Assembly: GCF_032118995.1 (NCBI RefSeq)
Contig: NC_092653.1
Coordinates: 7,123,031-7,187,030, forward strand
Length of the DNA: 64,000 nucleotides
Direction: 5' to 3'
Source: Asterias amurensis
Lineage: Eukaryota
The translations under genes and the position numbers were made by a program. Shown piece after piece: positions 10,773 through 22,765 of the stretch. Every line of letters begins with the position of its first letter. Within the stretch, counting starts at the first letter, position 1. The notes beneath the pieces were generated by a model. That model was not told where the DNA came from. It made no database searches and was given only the letters and a program-made list of their open reading frames with translations.

Positions 10773-11987
10773 CTAATACCAACAAAATGGTAAAAGATCA
10801 AAACAATCAGTGTTGAATATATTTTCTAAAATAACTTGCTCAAGTATAAGGGAGTGAAGAAAATTTAGCAATAACAAGAAAGACACTAGCAGAGAAGTTT
10901 CCAGTTAAACTAAATTTTCTAAATAAAGAACAGGAATTTTTTTAAATTAATTTTGGAGAAAAAAAAATGAAAATAGTACGCAAAATTCTTCGGAAAAATT
11001 ATTAAAAAGTTGTGATTTACTTTAAATTGAGAATTTTATTCTTCCACAAAAAAAATTCTAACTATTGTTTTTCCTTTTGTAAGGTTGTGTGACTATCAAA
11101 CATGAAAACAATTTGAGGTGAATGTTGGCATATCAGAAACAGTTGTCGTCTCTTCACATTATTATTCAGAGACCTCAACTTAAGGTCATCACAATGCCGA
11201 TAAATTGCACCACAAAATTTTCATATACCCCTTTGTTTACAAAAGAAATTGAATTTACAAATCCTTGGCATTTCCCGGGAGGCAGGATCATACACTGGTC
11301 ATGTGGGAAAAAGATTTCATTTTGTATCATTACATCCACAAAAAATCAAGAAGTATACAAATTGTACATAAGCATTTTCAGTAAAATGTATAGTTTTCTT
11401 CAATGTGGCTGTGTACAAATCATTCCTGCAGTAAGTCCAGGCTCTTGTGATGATATAAGATACATACCATGTCACATGTACCATCTTGCTACTGGTATTC
11501 TACTAATCTTTGCTTAGCACAAAATTGTCTGCTTATAATTAATAATTAATAATTTGGGGGGGGGGGGCTGATCATCCTTACTCGCAGCTAAGAGCTGAAT
11601 TGCGAAGGACGCAGCTACATCGTGTTCGAGAAGCAGGCATGCAAGGGCGCATTCAGCTGCCAGCCACATCAACCCATTATGACCACGGAGCACAGCCAAG
11701 ATCGAAAGTGTTTGATTTTTTCCTGAGGGAGGAAAACCGGATAGTCTGGAAAACCCTCGTGGCACAGCAGAGAACCAACGCACAACTCAGCTCACATATG
11801 GCCCCGCACAAGCCAACCATAAGTGGCTCTATGAATTGTTTTAGACAATTATGAATAGATCAGCTAAAACCCTTCACATGTCAGATTCTGTACACAGTGT
11901 TTCCAACTCGCATGGCACCGTAGACTGTACACAAGTAACACCAAAGACTGCACCCAACAATAACTGCCAAAAGATAACTCAACCTAC

Positions 11988-12071
11988 CTCTGCTTCCAGC
12001 ATCTCATCCATAGCAATCGGTTCAAGCGTAGACTCCAGATACTTCATGGCGTACTTCTCAATGTTGGTCAA
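11988..12071 (-). CDS. SRCAP: Domino-type ATPase exon (post-ATPase)
   Basis: Acceptor tccctctgtag|TTGACC, donor GCAGAG|gtaggt. Peptide LTNIEKYAMKYLESTLEPIAMDEMLEAE matches SRCAP LTPIERYAMKFLEASLEEVS. Confidence 0.85.
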
Positions 12072-12595
12072 CTACAGAGGGACAATTTCATAGAGACATG
12101 ATAAATATTTAACCCACAATTTCAGTGGACCCTTCCCATGAAATATGCTAATCACATCCATGCATTCGTACAGACGCTATTGGTTGACAAACGCCATAGA
12201 GTTGTGCACTAAACACAAACGCCATAGAGTTGTGCACTATAACCACAAATTTCACACCTCACCAGCCCTGTCAAAAGAGCGCGATGTCCCCATTTTGCCA
12301 ACCGGTACCAATACGCAAGCGTGATGTGCAAGTTAAAATATTTCATGGAAAGGGTCTATTGAAAGCAAACTTTTGCCAGGAACAGATGAGCAACTTTAGT
12401 TAGTTCAGCAAAAGTGGAAATGACCACAATGGGTTTTTCTCTACAGAGGATTCAACAGATTGGTCACCTACGTGAATTAAATTTTTCTTATACTAAAAGT
12501 AATCGTATTTACATGAAGAATCCGAGGATTTCTAGTCCATCCTGAACATCTCTGGATGGACACAAATTTGATTGTCCTGTTGCCTTGAACGATTA

Positions 12596-12722
12596 GCTCA
12601 GATAAATATGAGACTGTCTCAACACCGTCTTTAGACTCAGAGACTCTAGTCTGAAAAATCTCACATGTCATCATCGCAAAATCCCCCAAAACAGGATTGA
12701 TAATTTATGCACAAGGATGTGA
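12596..12722 (+). repeat. interspersed ~110-bp repeat (family G), copy 1 of 3
   Basis: gataaatatgagactgtctcaaca.cgtctttagactcagagactctagtctgaaaaatctcacatgtcatcatcgcaaaatccccc. Also at 13427-13550 and 15076-15172. The track ORFs 12477-12689 and 13284-13523 are translations of this repeat. Confidence 0.75.
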
Positions 12723-12965
12723 TAGGCTATTGAGGAAAAAAAAGCACTGAACTCTAAAAGCTTTGTTTTTAAAAGCCCTACTCTGCAAGCCCTAGGTGCA
12801 TTATTTTATGGCTTTATCTGAATTTTTTTTATGAATTTGATCTTACAAAAAAAACCCCCATAAACGAACAGAATTCCGGTTGGAGGAAAATGTATGGAGG
12901 AAAATGCCTCAAGATTGTCATGTAAAGTACAAAAGACAACAGAAAAACCATGACTGATTGATTAC

Positions 12966-13142
12966 TTGATTATCCAGCTGTGCCAGCTCAATCTCCACCT
13001 TCGAGACGTCGTCTTTGGATTTGGTCCCCTCTTCTCCCTCATAGGGTATCGTCTCATCGAACTCAGCCAGATCAGCATCTTGCTCGGCAAGAGCCTTGGA
13101 GGTTGCCTTGACGTCCGTCTCATCTTCAGTCTTAGCCAAAGC
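12966..13142 (-). CDS. SRCAP: Domino-type ATPase exon (post-ATPase)
   Basis: Acceptor tattatcttttag|GCTTTGG, donor GATAATCAA|gtaatt. Peptide ALAKTEDETDVKATSKALAEQDADLAEFDETIPYEGEEGTKSKDDVSKVEIELAQLDNQ (compare SRCAP ...AEQVAELAEFNEN...). Confidence 0.8.
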
Positions 13143-13932
13143 CTAAAAGATAATAATAAATTGATAATAATTCAATAGTATGGGATTTGAGGCATTGCAT
13201 GGTGAGGTAGTAATAATATTTCGGCCGTGTTACGAATTGACGACTACAGCTACGGCTGTTGCCAAGGGTGTTCCTCAGGCATCCTAAATCTCAATGCATG
13301 ATGACGCAGAAATGTAGCCGTAGCCATAGCTGTTGTCGCCAATTCGGACTCGGCCGAAGGATTTCTGGTCCACCCTGATCACCTCTGATCGAAAAAAAAT
13401 TTGATCCCCCCTGTTGCAGTGAATGGTTAGCTCAGATAAATATGAGATCGTCTCAACACCGTCTTTAGACTCAGAGACTCTAGTCTGAAAAATCTCACAT
13501 GTCATCATCGCAAAATCCCCCAAAACAGGAATGATAATTTATGGAGGTCATTGCCTTGGTGCCCCTTGCATTTCTCTCATCCTGGTGCCTGTTACTAAGG
13601 CAGGGACGATATTTGGACCTTTGGAAAAAAGTAGAAATATTTTATCAAGTACAAGAGTTCACCTACATAAACAAGGGTAATAGGGTTTTAAAAACTTTTC
13701 AGGCTATTCAATCAACAAATTCCTGATTTTTTTTTAAGAGCAAACAAATCTGAAATCAGACGAAAATCACGACTGTTGTCTTGTCCTCACAAGAATGCAG
13801 TACCTTTTCAACGATTGTTTGCATAGTGCACCAACCTCCCCCCAAAGTAACACGTAACAAGCTGATTTAATTTCCTAGTTTTGTGGGGAGAGCTTTTAAT
13901 CTCCTCGAAACATGAGACATCGAGAACCTTAC

Positions 13933-14124
13933 CTGTTCTAGCTGATTCTGCGTCATGACAGCCTTTGCCTCAGCGGCAGCTGCTTGCTCAGGCTTGTCTG
14001 CCTTCTCAGGCTCGACAGCCTTGGCTACCTTAGGCTCCTTCCCTGTTGGGATGTCCATCTCCTCGATGAGGACAGGCTCAGCTTCTCGTCTGTTGCTCAG
14101 ATTGAAGATGTCCGTAATGGTGTT
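13933..14124 (-). CDS. SRCAP: Domino-type ATPase exon (post-ATPase acidic region)
   Basis: Acceptor tttctctttgcag|AACACC, donor GAACAG|gtaagg. Peptide NTITDIFNLSNRREAEPVLIEEMDIPTGKEPKVAKAVEPEKADKPEQAAAAEAKAVMTQNQLEQ (compare SRCAP QTIRELFDMPLEEPSS...ILEQ). Confidence 0.8.
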
Positions 14125-14660
14125 CTGCAAAGAGAAATGGGATCAAGTTTGGTTTGATTACTAATTCTTGGGTACACTCACAGTAAAAAAGAGAAAAAAG
14201 AAGACAAAAAAGTGGTACACCAAAATGCAAGGGGCTTTACAGCTTTACAGATTTGCTGGACGAGTTTAAATAAAAACAAAAACCTCTATCTTGCAACAGG
14301 CATGACATATGGACCCTGGAAAAAAGTAGGAATACGTAAATATACTCATGATATAGGCTCTATTAATCACAGTCTAACGGATTGTTTTCAAAGAAGGGCA
14401 AAACAAAGCAGAAAACAGACTTATGTAGGAAGAATATCATGCCTGCTGCAATCAGGGAGATGTTTAGAAATACATTCAACGTAGTAGAGAAAAGTTTCCA
14501 TAATCAAGGATATTTTCAAAGTTGGTCATCAGAGCATGGAAAGATTGCTCTAGTTTCAGGGAACTTTCTGTGGAATCAGGGCAAGTTGGCTGCATCCTTG
14601 AGAATCAAATGTCAGGATTGTGATTCTCCTCCTTGGGCAAGAGGACGGAGCACTACTTAC

Positions 14661-14775
14661 CGTTTTGAAAAATGCTGTGGTGAAGTTACCTCCCTCGATG
14701 GACACATCAACCAAGAGTCTCTTCTGATTGGCCTTCTTTAAGATGTTCTCCTCTACGGTCATTTCACTGATCAAC
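14661..14775 (-). CDS. SRCAP: Domino-type ATPase exon, end of helicase C
   Basis: Acceptor ttgtgttgtag|GTTGATC, donor AAAACG|gtaagt, phase 2->0. Peptide RLISEMTVEENILKKANQKRLLVDVSIEGGNFTTAFFKT matches SRCAP RLISERTVEENILKKANQKRMLGDMAIEGGNFTTAYFKQ. Confidence 0.95.
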
Positions 14776-15869
14776 CTACAACACAAATAAATATTTAAAA
14801 AACAAAAACTTTGAATTTTGAATAAATCTGATGTAGAACTCAACCAGGATGAGCTTTTTTATATTGTTTGCATTGGTCAAACAATCCAAGAGAAAATGTA
14901 TAAAACATCATTCTGTATTCTTTGAACAAGTGCCAACCAGCATTGTCAACCATGTATTGTCATTATTTATTCAAATCCTTTCCCCATGATCCGACTTTCA
15001 CACAAAATCTACAATATTGGTGTAAACATTTTCAACAACGATAGCAATTTCAAAATCAAGTAATTTCACTGTGAAAACGTGGCTCAGAAAGATATGAGAC
15101 TGTCTCAACAACGCCTGTTAGACTCAGAGACTCTAGTCTGAAAAATCTCACTTGTCATCATTGCACACGGCAACAATCCTCTGGAAATCAGAAGACTTAT
15201 GGTCACTTGGAAATGGGTTTCTTTCTCCTCTTAACCAGGGCTCAACTTCACAGAGCTGCTTGAGCACACAATGGTGCTGCTAAGCAAAAATAAGCAGGAT
15301 ACCAGTCACAAATGTTAAATGTGACATTGTGTATTGGCTGGTAACCATATTGTGCTAAGCATGATTGTGATGGGCTGAGCTACTTTTAATGCGAACGTAG
15401 CTCTAGGAAATCAGGCCCAATTAAGAATGGAGGTTGGACACACATTGGGACACACTATCAGAAGTCGTTTAAACCTGCTTTTGTATACACCCAGAATACC
15501 GGAGTATTAACAGGCCTGGATATTCCATTGTGAAGCATGCACAGGCATGAACTAATTGTGCAATGTTTAACTGTAGACAGATGAAATTAATACTCAAAGA
15601 CGCCCCTTCTCAAGGTTTTGGGGGCAATTCCTAATCACAACGCTTTACAGAAACTCAACCTGTTTTTAAAACACAGGCAAGATCTTTTGTGGAAATATTG
15701 AATGCAACCCTAATTTTACAGCATCTTTGCATGGAGAGGAACCGTGGTGTAAATTGGTAAAACTGGAGGTGCGAACAAAGATGACTGCGTGGTCTTCCTT
15801 TTCTCAAAAGGAACAAATTTCACGAACTAAAATAAGGCACTACGGGAAACTGCATCTGAATCTACACAC

Positions 15870-16066
15870 CTGTAAATGTGAACGTCTCGTGTCTGTCCGA
15901 TCCTGTGGCAGCGATCTTGTGCCTGGGCGTCCATGGTAGGGTTCCAGTCACTGTCGTAGAAGACAACGGTATCGGCACCGGTCAAGTTGATGCCAAGACC
16001 ACCGCTACGGGTGGACAGGATGAAACAGAAGATGCGCTTGTCCATGTTGAATCGGTCCATTAGAAC
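15870..16066 (-). CDS. SRCAP: Domino-type ATPase exon, helicase C motifs V-VI
   Basis: Acceptor cgcccgacag|GTTCTAATG, donor ATTTACAG|gtgtgt, phase 0->2. Peptide [65 protein letters not shown] is nearly identical to SRCAP. Confidence 0.95.
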
Positions 16067-16392
16067 CTGTCGGGCGAAACGGTCATACTTGTGAAAAGAA
16101 AACGTCCGTACTTTCAATAATGTTACTTGGTATCAAACATCTCAACAACAAAAAGAAATATTAATTTGTGTCTCAGAAATGAATTCTGTTTGGCATGATA
16201 ATCAGCCAGCAGAACAGACTCTGAGACCCCGAGGTTTCAGGTTGATATAGAGCCACAGGATCGTGCCACATGAAGCATAGATATTCATCTGGCTAATTTA
16301 ACATGTGGCCCAATGCACGTTATTGGTATTTTAAAATTTTAATTGCTGTTTTAGTTTGCTAATGTATACATGTATATATCATAGACTGATCT

Positions 16393-16755
16393 TAAAGCCA
16401 TTGGACCCTTTCGGTACAAAAAAAAAAGTTCACAGATTTACAAATAACTTACAGGGTTTACAGAAGGTAGTGGTGAAATACTTCTCTTGCAATATTATTC
16501 CATGAAATGCTTTACTATTTGAGAAAACAGTAAAACAATATCAATTCTCGTTAACGAGAATTACGGATTTATTTTAAACGTATGTCATGACACGGAGAAA
16601 CGCGCGGATACAAGGGTGGGTTTTCCCGTTATTTTCTCCCGACTCCGATGACTGATTAAGCCCAAATTTTCACAGGTTTGTTATTTGATATAGAAGTTGT
16701 GATACAGTGTGGGCCTTGGACAATACTGTTTACCGAAAGGGTCCAATGGCTTTAT
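16393..16755. mobile_element. MITE family C (TIR TAAAGCCATTGGACCCTTTCGGTA)
   Basis: aaagccattggaccctttcggtac ... taccgaaagggtccaatggcttta. A truncated copy end sits at window positions 1-30. Confidence 0.75.
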
Positions 16756-17194
16756 TACTGTGGACAAATAATTTAACTTGAGTCACCAAAGGCACCCTGC
16801 TACACCTAAACCACAAATGCTGTCGATTGTTTTAGATATGAATAACAGTATTAGTGTAAATTGTAATCAAGCATAATTTTGTTTAGCCTTTGAGAAAGAC
16901 TCTGCTGGGGTCGAAACGTCAGGCCATTTACTATTTTAGGCAAGTATAATCAACATCAGGGATGGAGAATATTAATTTGTGTTTTACCCACCTCCCGTTT
17001 AGCATAACAAAATATGGCAGTTCCTGCTGCTTCATTGTTGGTGTCGAACTGCTTCTAGCTAATAGGCAAGTTGGGTGATCTAGTGGTCAATTTCATGGCC
17101 TTGCTTACCTCTTAAACCATATCATGGAAGCATTTGTCTAATTCCATGTAACCCTTTTTATGATCATTGCATGGTTCAATCTGACAATATTTAC

Positions 17195-17364
17195 CTGTCT
17201 CTGTTCCACTTTGGTGGTTCCATCCAGCCTGACGTAGATGTGGCCGTGATAGTTAAGGAAGCTTTCTAGTACATCCAGCATACGTGTCATCTGGGTGAAG
17301 ATCAGAACACGATGACTGCCCAGCTTTAGTTTCCGCAGTAGGAAATCTAGACTTTGAAGTTTGC
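17195..17364 (-). CDS. SRCAP: Domino-type ATPase exon, helicase C (motif IV region)
   Basis: Acceptor tgtggatttacag|GCAAAC, donor AGACAG|gtaaat, phase 1->0. Peptide GKLQSLDFLLRKLKLGSHRVLIFTQMTRMLDVLESFLNYHGHIYVRLDGTTKVEQRQ matches SRCAP GKLQTLAVLLRQLKAEGHRVLIFTQMTRMLDVLEQFLTYHGHLYLRLDGSTRVEQRQ. Confidence 0.95.
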
Positions 17365-17667
17365 CTGTAAATCCACAAGTTAAAAAAAAAAAAAACAATG
17401 AAGTAATTTGGCTTTCAAACTCTTTTCAGAATGAACACCTTTTAAAGTTGTTTAAAGCTTTTTTATTTTGTTAGATTAGATTTGGTTAACTGTTATTTAT
17501 AGTATACAATAAAATAAATAAAATAAAAACATCTCAAGACGATTGATCATATTTTGCCACAAATTTTTCACTCATTTTTACAAAAACGAACCTCATTTGA
17601 GTAAATTATATACTTTTTTATTTCATCGCAAATGAAAAAGTGGTGGCAGGATGCAATTCTATCTTAC

Positions 17668-17870
17668 CGCAGTCATACTGGATCAGTCTCAGCTCAGGGA
17701 AGTGCATGACCATTCCAGACTGGATGGGATGCAGGCACGATAGCCTGGGCGTCAACTCCTTACGCATTGTCTCGCTGAGCACCTTCTGCTGGTGGAGTAC
17801 CGAGGGCGCGGGGTGAGACACGTGCATGGTGATGGGGGGCGAGGTGGCCATGGGCACCATCATCACATAC
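17668..17870 (-). CDS. SRCAP: Domino-type ATPase exon leading into the C-lobe
   Basis: Acceptor tatttttgtag|GTATGTG, donor GACTGCG|gtaaga, phase 2->1. Peptide RYVMMMVPMATSPPITMHVSHPAPSVLHQQKVLSETMRKELTPRLSCLHPIQSGMVMHFPELRLIQYDC matches SRCAP ...FPDLRLIQYDCGKLQ. Confidence 0.9.
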
Positions 17871-18000
17871 CTACAAAAATACAGTCAGTGAAACTAAAAT
17901 CACACCAAACTCCAAGGATTATTAAACACACAATATTTTATTTGGTATGTTGCCTAATCACCATCAACAAAGAAGTGAAATAACCAAACACGGAATGAGA

Positions 18001-18112
18001 GAAAAATCAAATGGTCATCATTGGGATTTGAACCCAATTAGACCCCCCCCCCCCCCCCCCCGACACTCCAGGCAGATGCTCTACCAACTGAGCTATGACG
18101 CACAGCGGTATA
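18001..18112 (-). ncRNA. tRNA-derived SINE fragment or tRNA pseudogene interrupted by a poly-G(20) tract
   Basis: The - strand reads gcgtcatagctcagttggtagagcatctgcctggagtgtcg-G20-tctaattgggttcaaatcccaatgatgacca, with an A-box (TAGCTCAGTTGGTAGAGC) and B-box (GGTTCAAATCC). No intact acceptor stem. Similar fragments at 48480-48590 (poly-C14) and 37440-37530. Confidence 0.4.
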
Positions 18113-18941
18113 CTCCATCAGGTTTTCCCCAAGGACCACATTTTTTCTATCAGTGTTGCATGGATTATAAGAAAGAGACAAAATATCAAGAGACAATGTT
18201 GGAAATGTGTAATTCGGGTTGTGTTGGAAATGTGTAATTCGGGTTGCACATAGGAAAACGGCGCAACCCGAGAATGAGTCATTTCACATTTGTTTTTCGA
18301 AGTAACATACGGGCCGGAAAATGGGAGGTAAACATAAGCAGACCCCTGCCAAGCACTTCGGTAGAATTTATTAATAATAGTATAAAATAACTTTGAATTT
18401 TTATTGATACTTGAGTCACAATGTACTTTGTTACTAAAATTGTTTTCCAAATGTCAAATACAATGTTTAGCACAGGAAAATCTTGCTTATAAAAAAAAAG
18501 GTTACCAGCCAACATTCCATAAGGATCACATCGTTGCAAATGGTGTCCTACTCATTTATTGCTGAGCTAAGAAATTTGTTAGCAGTATAGACCGTATTGA
18601 ATATGACGTCTCTGTTCAAATATCTGTCCTACAAGTTGGCATCTGTGTGAATTTGCGTGGGTGTGTGCGTGCATGTGCTGTAGAAATCTAACGGGGAATG
18701 CTGCGTGCTTCATTGATGTAGGCGTTTGGACGCGCATAGTTTGACCTACAAGATAGCGACTTTCGTAGCAAAAAAAGGTTTATTCAATACGGTCTGTTGG
18801 TAGCAGTAGTTTCTGCTAACCAGCTTCATGAAATGGGCCAAGCCTTTATTATAATGGGGCCCTGTTGCATAATAACAATACCACGGTAGCTCAGACAAGG
18901 GTAAATTAGTTCTGTTTTCAGACAAAAAAATAAACACCCAC

Positions 18942-19258
18942 CTCTTAATGATCTCCTTCAAATCATCAATGATAACCTCCGGCGTCTTCACCAGACTCCT
19001 TAACGTACTTGTTTGGGAAATCCGTGCCTCCGTATTGTATGGAAAGGGAAGGCCGTGAATCCCCTGGCAATGGAACAGCCCCGTGCAGCTAGCAAAGGGC
19101 CGCTCTTCTCCTGCCGGGTGGGAACTGTTGAAGATTGAAACAGCCGAGCGGAGGTCGCTGCCGTAGGCTGGTTTGGTGTTACAGCGGATGTGGTTCAGAT
19201 TGGCTAGTCTGGCCAGTGTGGACTTGCGCTCCTTGATGCCATCCTGGTGTAAAGATTC
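18942..19258 (-). CDS. SRCAP: Domino-type ATPase exon (between insertion and C-lobe)
   Basis: Acceptor ctctgtttacag|GAATCT, donor ATTAAGAG|gtgggt, phase 0->2. Peptide ESLHQDGIKERKSTLARLANLNHIRCNTKPAYGSDL...LVKTPEVIIDDLKEIIK resembles SRCAP YLDSLEEKRKRQRSERLERIFQLSEAHGALAPVYGTEVL...LFPQQRLDQLSEIIER. Confidence 0.8.
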
Positions 19259-20147
19259 CTGTAAACAGAGAGAGGTAAATTTTGTGATTAGTTTTCGGTT
19301 ACCACACTGGTATGAAAATTAACAAAATTTCTACAAACAAAACTAACACAAGGAATAATTTCATTGAGCACTAAATGTTAATATTTATCAGCAATTGATG
19401 ATTTCTGAGTAGCATCTGACACATTTTGCTTAGTATTTTGCTATGCTATACAAGGGAAATTGCTCACTGAAAGACCAAGTTAAAAGCAAATTCATAAAAA
19501 CATTTTAGAAAAAATATATAAAATCACAAGTAGCCTGTTTGATGAAATACTTATGATAGGAGTACTTTGGGAAGAAGTACTGGCTCTGAAAAGAGCTTTT
19601 TGGGTCTGGACATTTCAACAATAAACTCCACTTGTCTTCAAAAGAAGAATTCCTTCCTAAAATCAAGCAAAGTAAAACTGTTTGAGACATAAGAGATTAA
19701 CACATGGATTCTCTGTATCCGCAAGTTGACTTGTAATAGCTACTTTTTATTATCCACACCACGCACAGCCTCAGACAAAGTTTGTGCAATTGTGATTTTA
19801 GAATGTCTCCGTCGTTTGGGGACCAGCATGATATCAAGTAAAACCATGATGGCTCGTGCTAAGGAGTTTTATTTCTGGCTTAGACCTTTAAACCAAAGCA
19901 GTATTGATGACCACTTGATAGAAAATAGGTCTAGCCTGTTTGTTAATACACTTAAAAAATCTTCCTTAGAAAATTTCAAAGTTGAACAGAAAATTGTCAC
20001 TCAAAACAATGCAAACTACATGGATTTCGACTTGCATAGCTGTTTTTTGCATTCAGGAAATTTTTGTTAAACTAAACTTTACTTACTAAGAAAAACGGTG
20101 AGTCTTTATCCTTTTGTGCCTTTTTCCTCAGATTCGATGCCTTTACC

Positions 20148-20179
20148 GCTGGCCGGCTTCCTGCTGTCGTCACAGAAAC
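20148..20179 (-). CDS. SRCAP: candidate 32-bp micro-exon that restores phase
   Basis: Acceptor gatttttcag|TTTCTGTG, donor CCAGCG|gtaaag. It converts phase 1 to phase 0 between the two flanking exons. Peptide VSVTTAGSRPA. No homology support. Confidence 0.3.
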
Positions 20180-21511
20180 TGAAAAATCACAAGAATGAAA
20201 TTGGTACAGTAAAACTCACCAATTCCATGTGTAGCTTTTGGCGAGTGTCAAATTCTGGAATACACACTCAGTAACATAGACTTCTAATATTAGAAAATTG
20301 AAAGTTGTTATGTTTAATATACATTTATTAACAAATGATATCTTCCACTAGATCTTTATGTTAAAGTTTTAAAAAGTTTTTCTGGATGTAATGTGTAAAA
20401 TGACTGTATTCTTAACATGGAAGACACAAGTTTTGTTGGGGTTAGTCCAGCTGCATTATAACCTTAATAGTAAATTATTACTATGAGAATTACTCACATC
20501 TTCAATGAGAGTTTAAATATTTCTGCTGCAATATACAGGGGTGAGAGTCGTTGCCGACAAAAACATGTCCGAAATTGGGATCTACATCTAAGAAGGCATG
20601 TGGAAACGATGATACTCGCACCTTTTGATCAACCCCTGGACTTATAGATTCCAAGGAGCTTTTGGGAACAGAAACCTCACAGTTAGAGAGGTAAATCAAA
20701 GAGTATGACTTATTTTATTTGGAGAAAAATACAGCATTTGTTTGTGTGTATCAGTCAGAAAAAAAGTGCTGAATTCAGATAATCATCTGAAATTTCTCAT
20801 CCCTGAATATATTATCATTTACACTACAACAATTTGGGATAATCCTTTATTTTATTTTCCGTTAGACTTTTAACGATGTAAGTTCATCATCTTGTTCTAA
20901 CTAATACAAATTCTGGTTAACTTAATTAATAATAAATATAAAAAAGATATATGACAACATTTTGATCCCAGTAAGTACCATTCAATTAAATATATTTTAA
21001 CATGTGCATTAGTAAGTTAGATGCATCGTGCTCAAAACAACATAACAAATTAAGATTATCAAAAATATGTTAATATTCAAGCAAGTTAGTTTCACTACAG
21101 TGACGCAATGCTAATTACTATCCAGTGGTTTTTTATTTATTTAAACATTCACTTGTTTTACTTTGTTATTTCATTTAAGAAATGTATAATAATTTTGTTT
21201 AAAGGAAGAAAAAAAATGTTAGACAGCGACCACATTGCTTTCCAGAAACAGAAACTTGTGTGAAGAAAACAAAAATCCGGGATTACAACAATTCAAACAA
21301 ACAAAACCAGAAAGACAAAAAGTATCTAAAAACCATTCACAACACAAAAACCCCACAAATGAGTACAGTTATTTCAGGCAGGGAAAGGGGCGTTAGTCTA
21401 AACAAGTCAAATATAGTATGGATTAATAAGGTTGCGATGGGAAGGTGGTGTTTTCGAAAATTCCATCTAACAGCAGAGGAACTTTCCATTACTGGAAATC
21501 AAGTGGTCTAC

Positions 21512-21706
21512 CTTTGGGCCCTCCTGTCGCCTTTGCTATGCTAACGTTGCTCAGGGGGCGGATTTTTAAGACCGGCTGCATAGTGGGAGTGCTACCCCCA
21601 ACAACCCCCGGACTGGGAATGGCCTTTGGATTGACCTGTGGGGCGGAGTAGTGGGGACGGATCGCTACGAGTGGAGGCGGAGAGGTCACTGCTGAACAGG
21701 GCACTG
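21512..21706 (-). CDS. SRCAP: Domino-type ATPase exon (P-rich insertion)
   Basis: Acceptor caatccag|CAGTGCC (an alternative in-frame acceptor lies at 21691), donor CCCAAAG|gtagac, phase 1->1. Peptide AVPCSAVTSPPPLVAIRPHYSAPQVNPKAIPSPGVVGGSTPTMQPVLKIRPLSNVRRQEGPK. Confidence 0.5.
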
Positions 21707-22765
21707 CTGGATTGGTAGATTGGAAGGAATAAGTTTTGAAGTCTTCAATAACGTTTGAATCAATTCAGTTTTGCTCTCTCAGAGGACAGGGGTTATTCAG
21801 AGACTGAAGAGAGATGGCACTCTGATGCTTGGTTAGTTGGTTTTTATCAGAATGTTAGCGTGACGTCAGTATCTGATGGAAATTTTAATCTGCTGTCAAA
21901 ACATTAGCTTCCTTCGGAGATTGGAAAAGTTAGATGCATCAAGGAGATACAGGAAGAAGTATAAAGATTTGAGAAAGAAACACTGGATGGCAAGACTGGA
22001 AACTTCATCTTTGAGAGGGCAAGGCCAATTTCATTTTACAAAGGGCACATCCACTGCAAAACCTTCAAGTCTATGGGATATAATGTTAATGGGGCACCAA
22101 GGCCAGGACCAGGGAAACAAGGGCTATGGCGTAATTCCAAGCCTGTGATAGAAAAATCCCACACATTATTCTACAGAGGTTAGTTAAGGCAGACTTTGAA
22201 GACTTATGGGACATTTGCAGTGCTATTGATTTATGAACAGTAAAAAAAGCTAGAGGGACCCCCCCTAACAGGCCCTGAAAGTAGTCCAGTGTTACCATAA
22301 GATGGAATATAGCAGGGCATTCAGGCAGTATAAACACACTTGCACAAGAGAAAACCGTTCATTTAGTTGTTACTGAAGTGGTTTTTTATTAAAACCTTAA
22401 CGAATCTTCAAAGAGTATTGTTTTACCGAAGAACACATGCAAACTCTACGATGTGCAGTGCTGTCTCATGCAAGGTTATAAGAACTACAGCCGAGACACA
22501 CAAGTTTGCACTCATTAAGGATGAATTGCCACATGGTTTTTCCTTCCCTTTGTTTTATTTTAAGAAAAATAAAAAATAAAACAGTTTTGTGAACAACAGG
22601 GCCGTAGGAAATTCAGCCACCAATCAAAACGAGGCAACATTTCTGGTAGAAAATAAATTACTCAAAATGAAAAACTACTTTAGGACAAAGCATCAGACTG
22701 CATAACTGGTCACGTACTTTTCAATCTCAAATCGGGATAATATGACATTATTTTTAAACCCATAC

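Noticed and set aside
7213-10793. Numerous + strand ORFs (7213-7737, 7894-8157, 8244-8509, 8765-9033, 9176-9826, 10136-10584 and others) overlapping the big exon
   Set aside because: They are antisense artefacts of the P/Q/S-rich composition of the minus-strand exon. None has splice signals or homology.
12477-13523. ORFs 12477-12689 and 13284-13523 (-) beginning MGDFAMMTCEIFQTRVSESKDGVET
   Set aside because: Both are read-throughs of interspersed repeat family G (a third copy is at 15076-15172), not genes.
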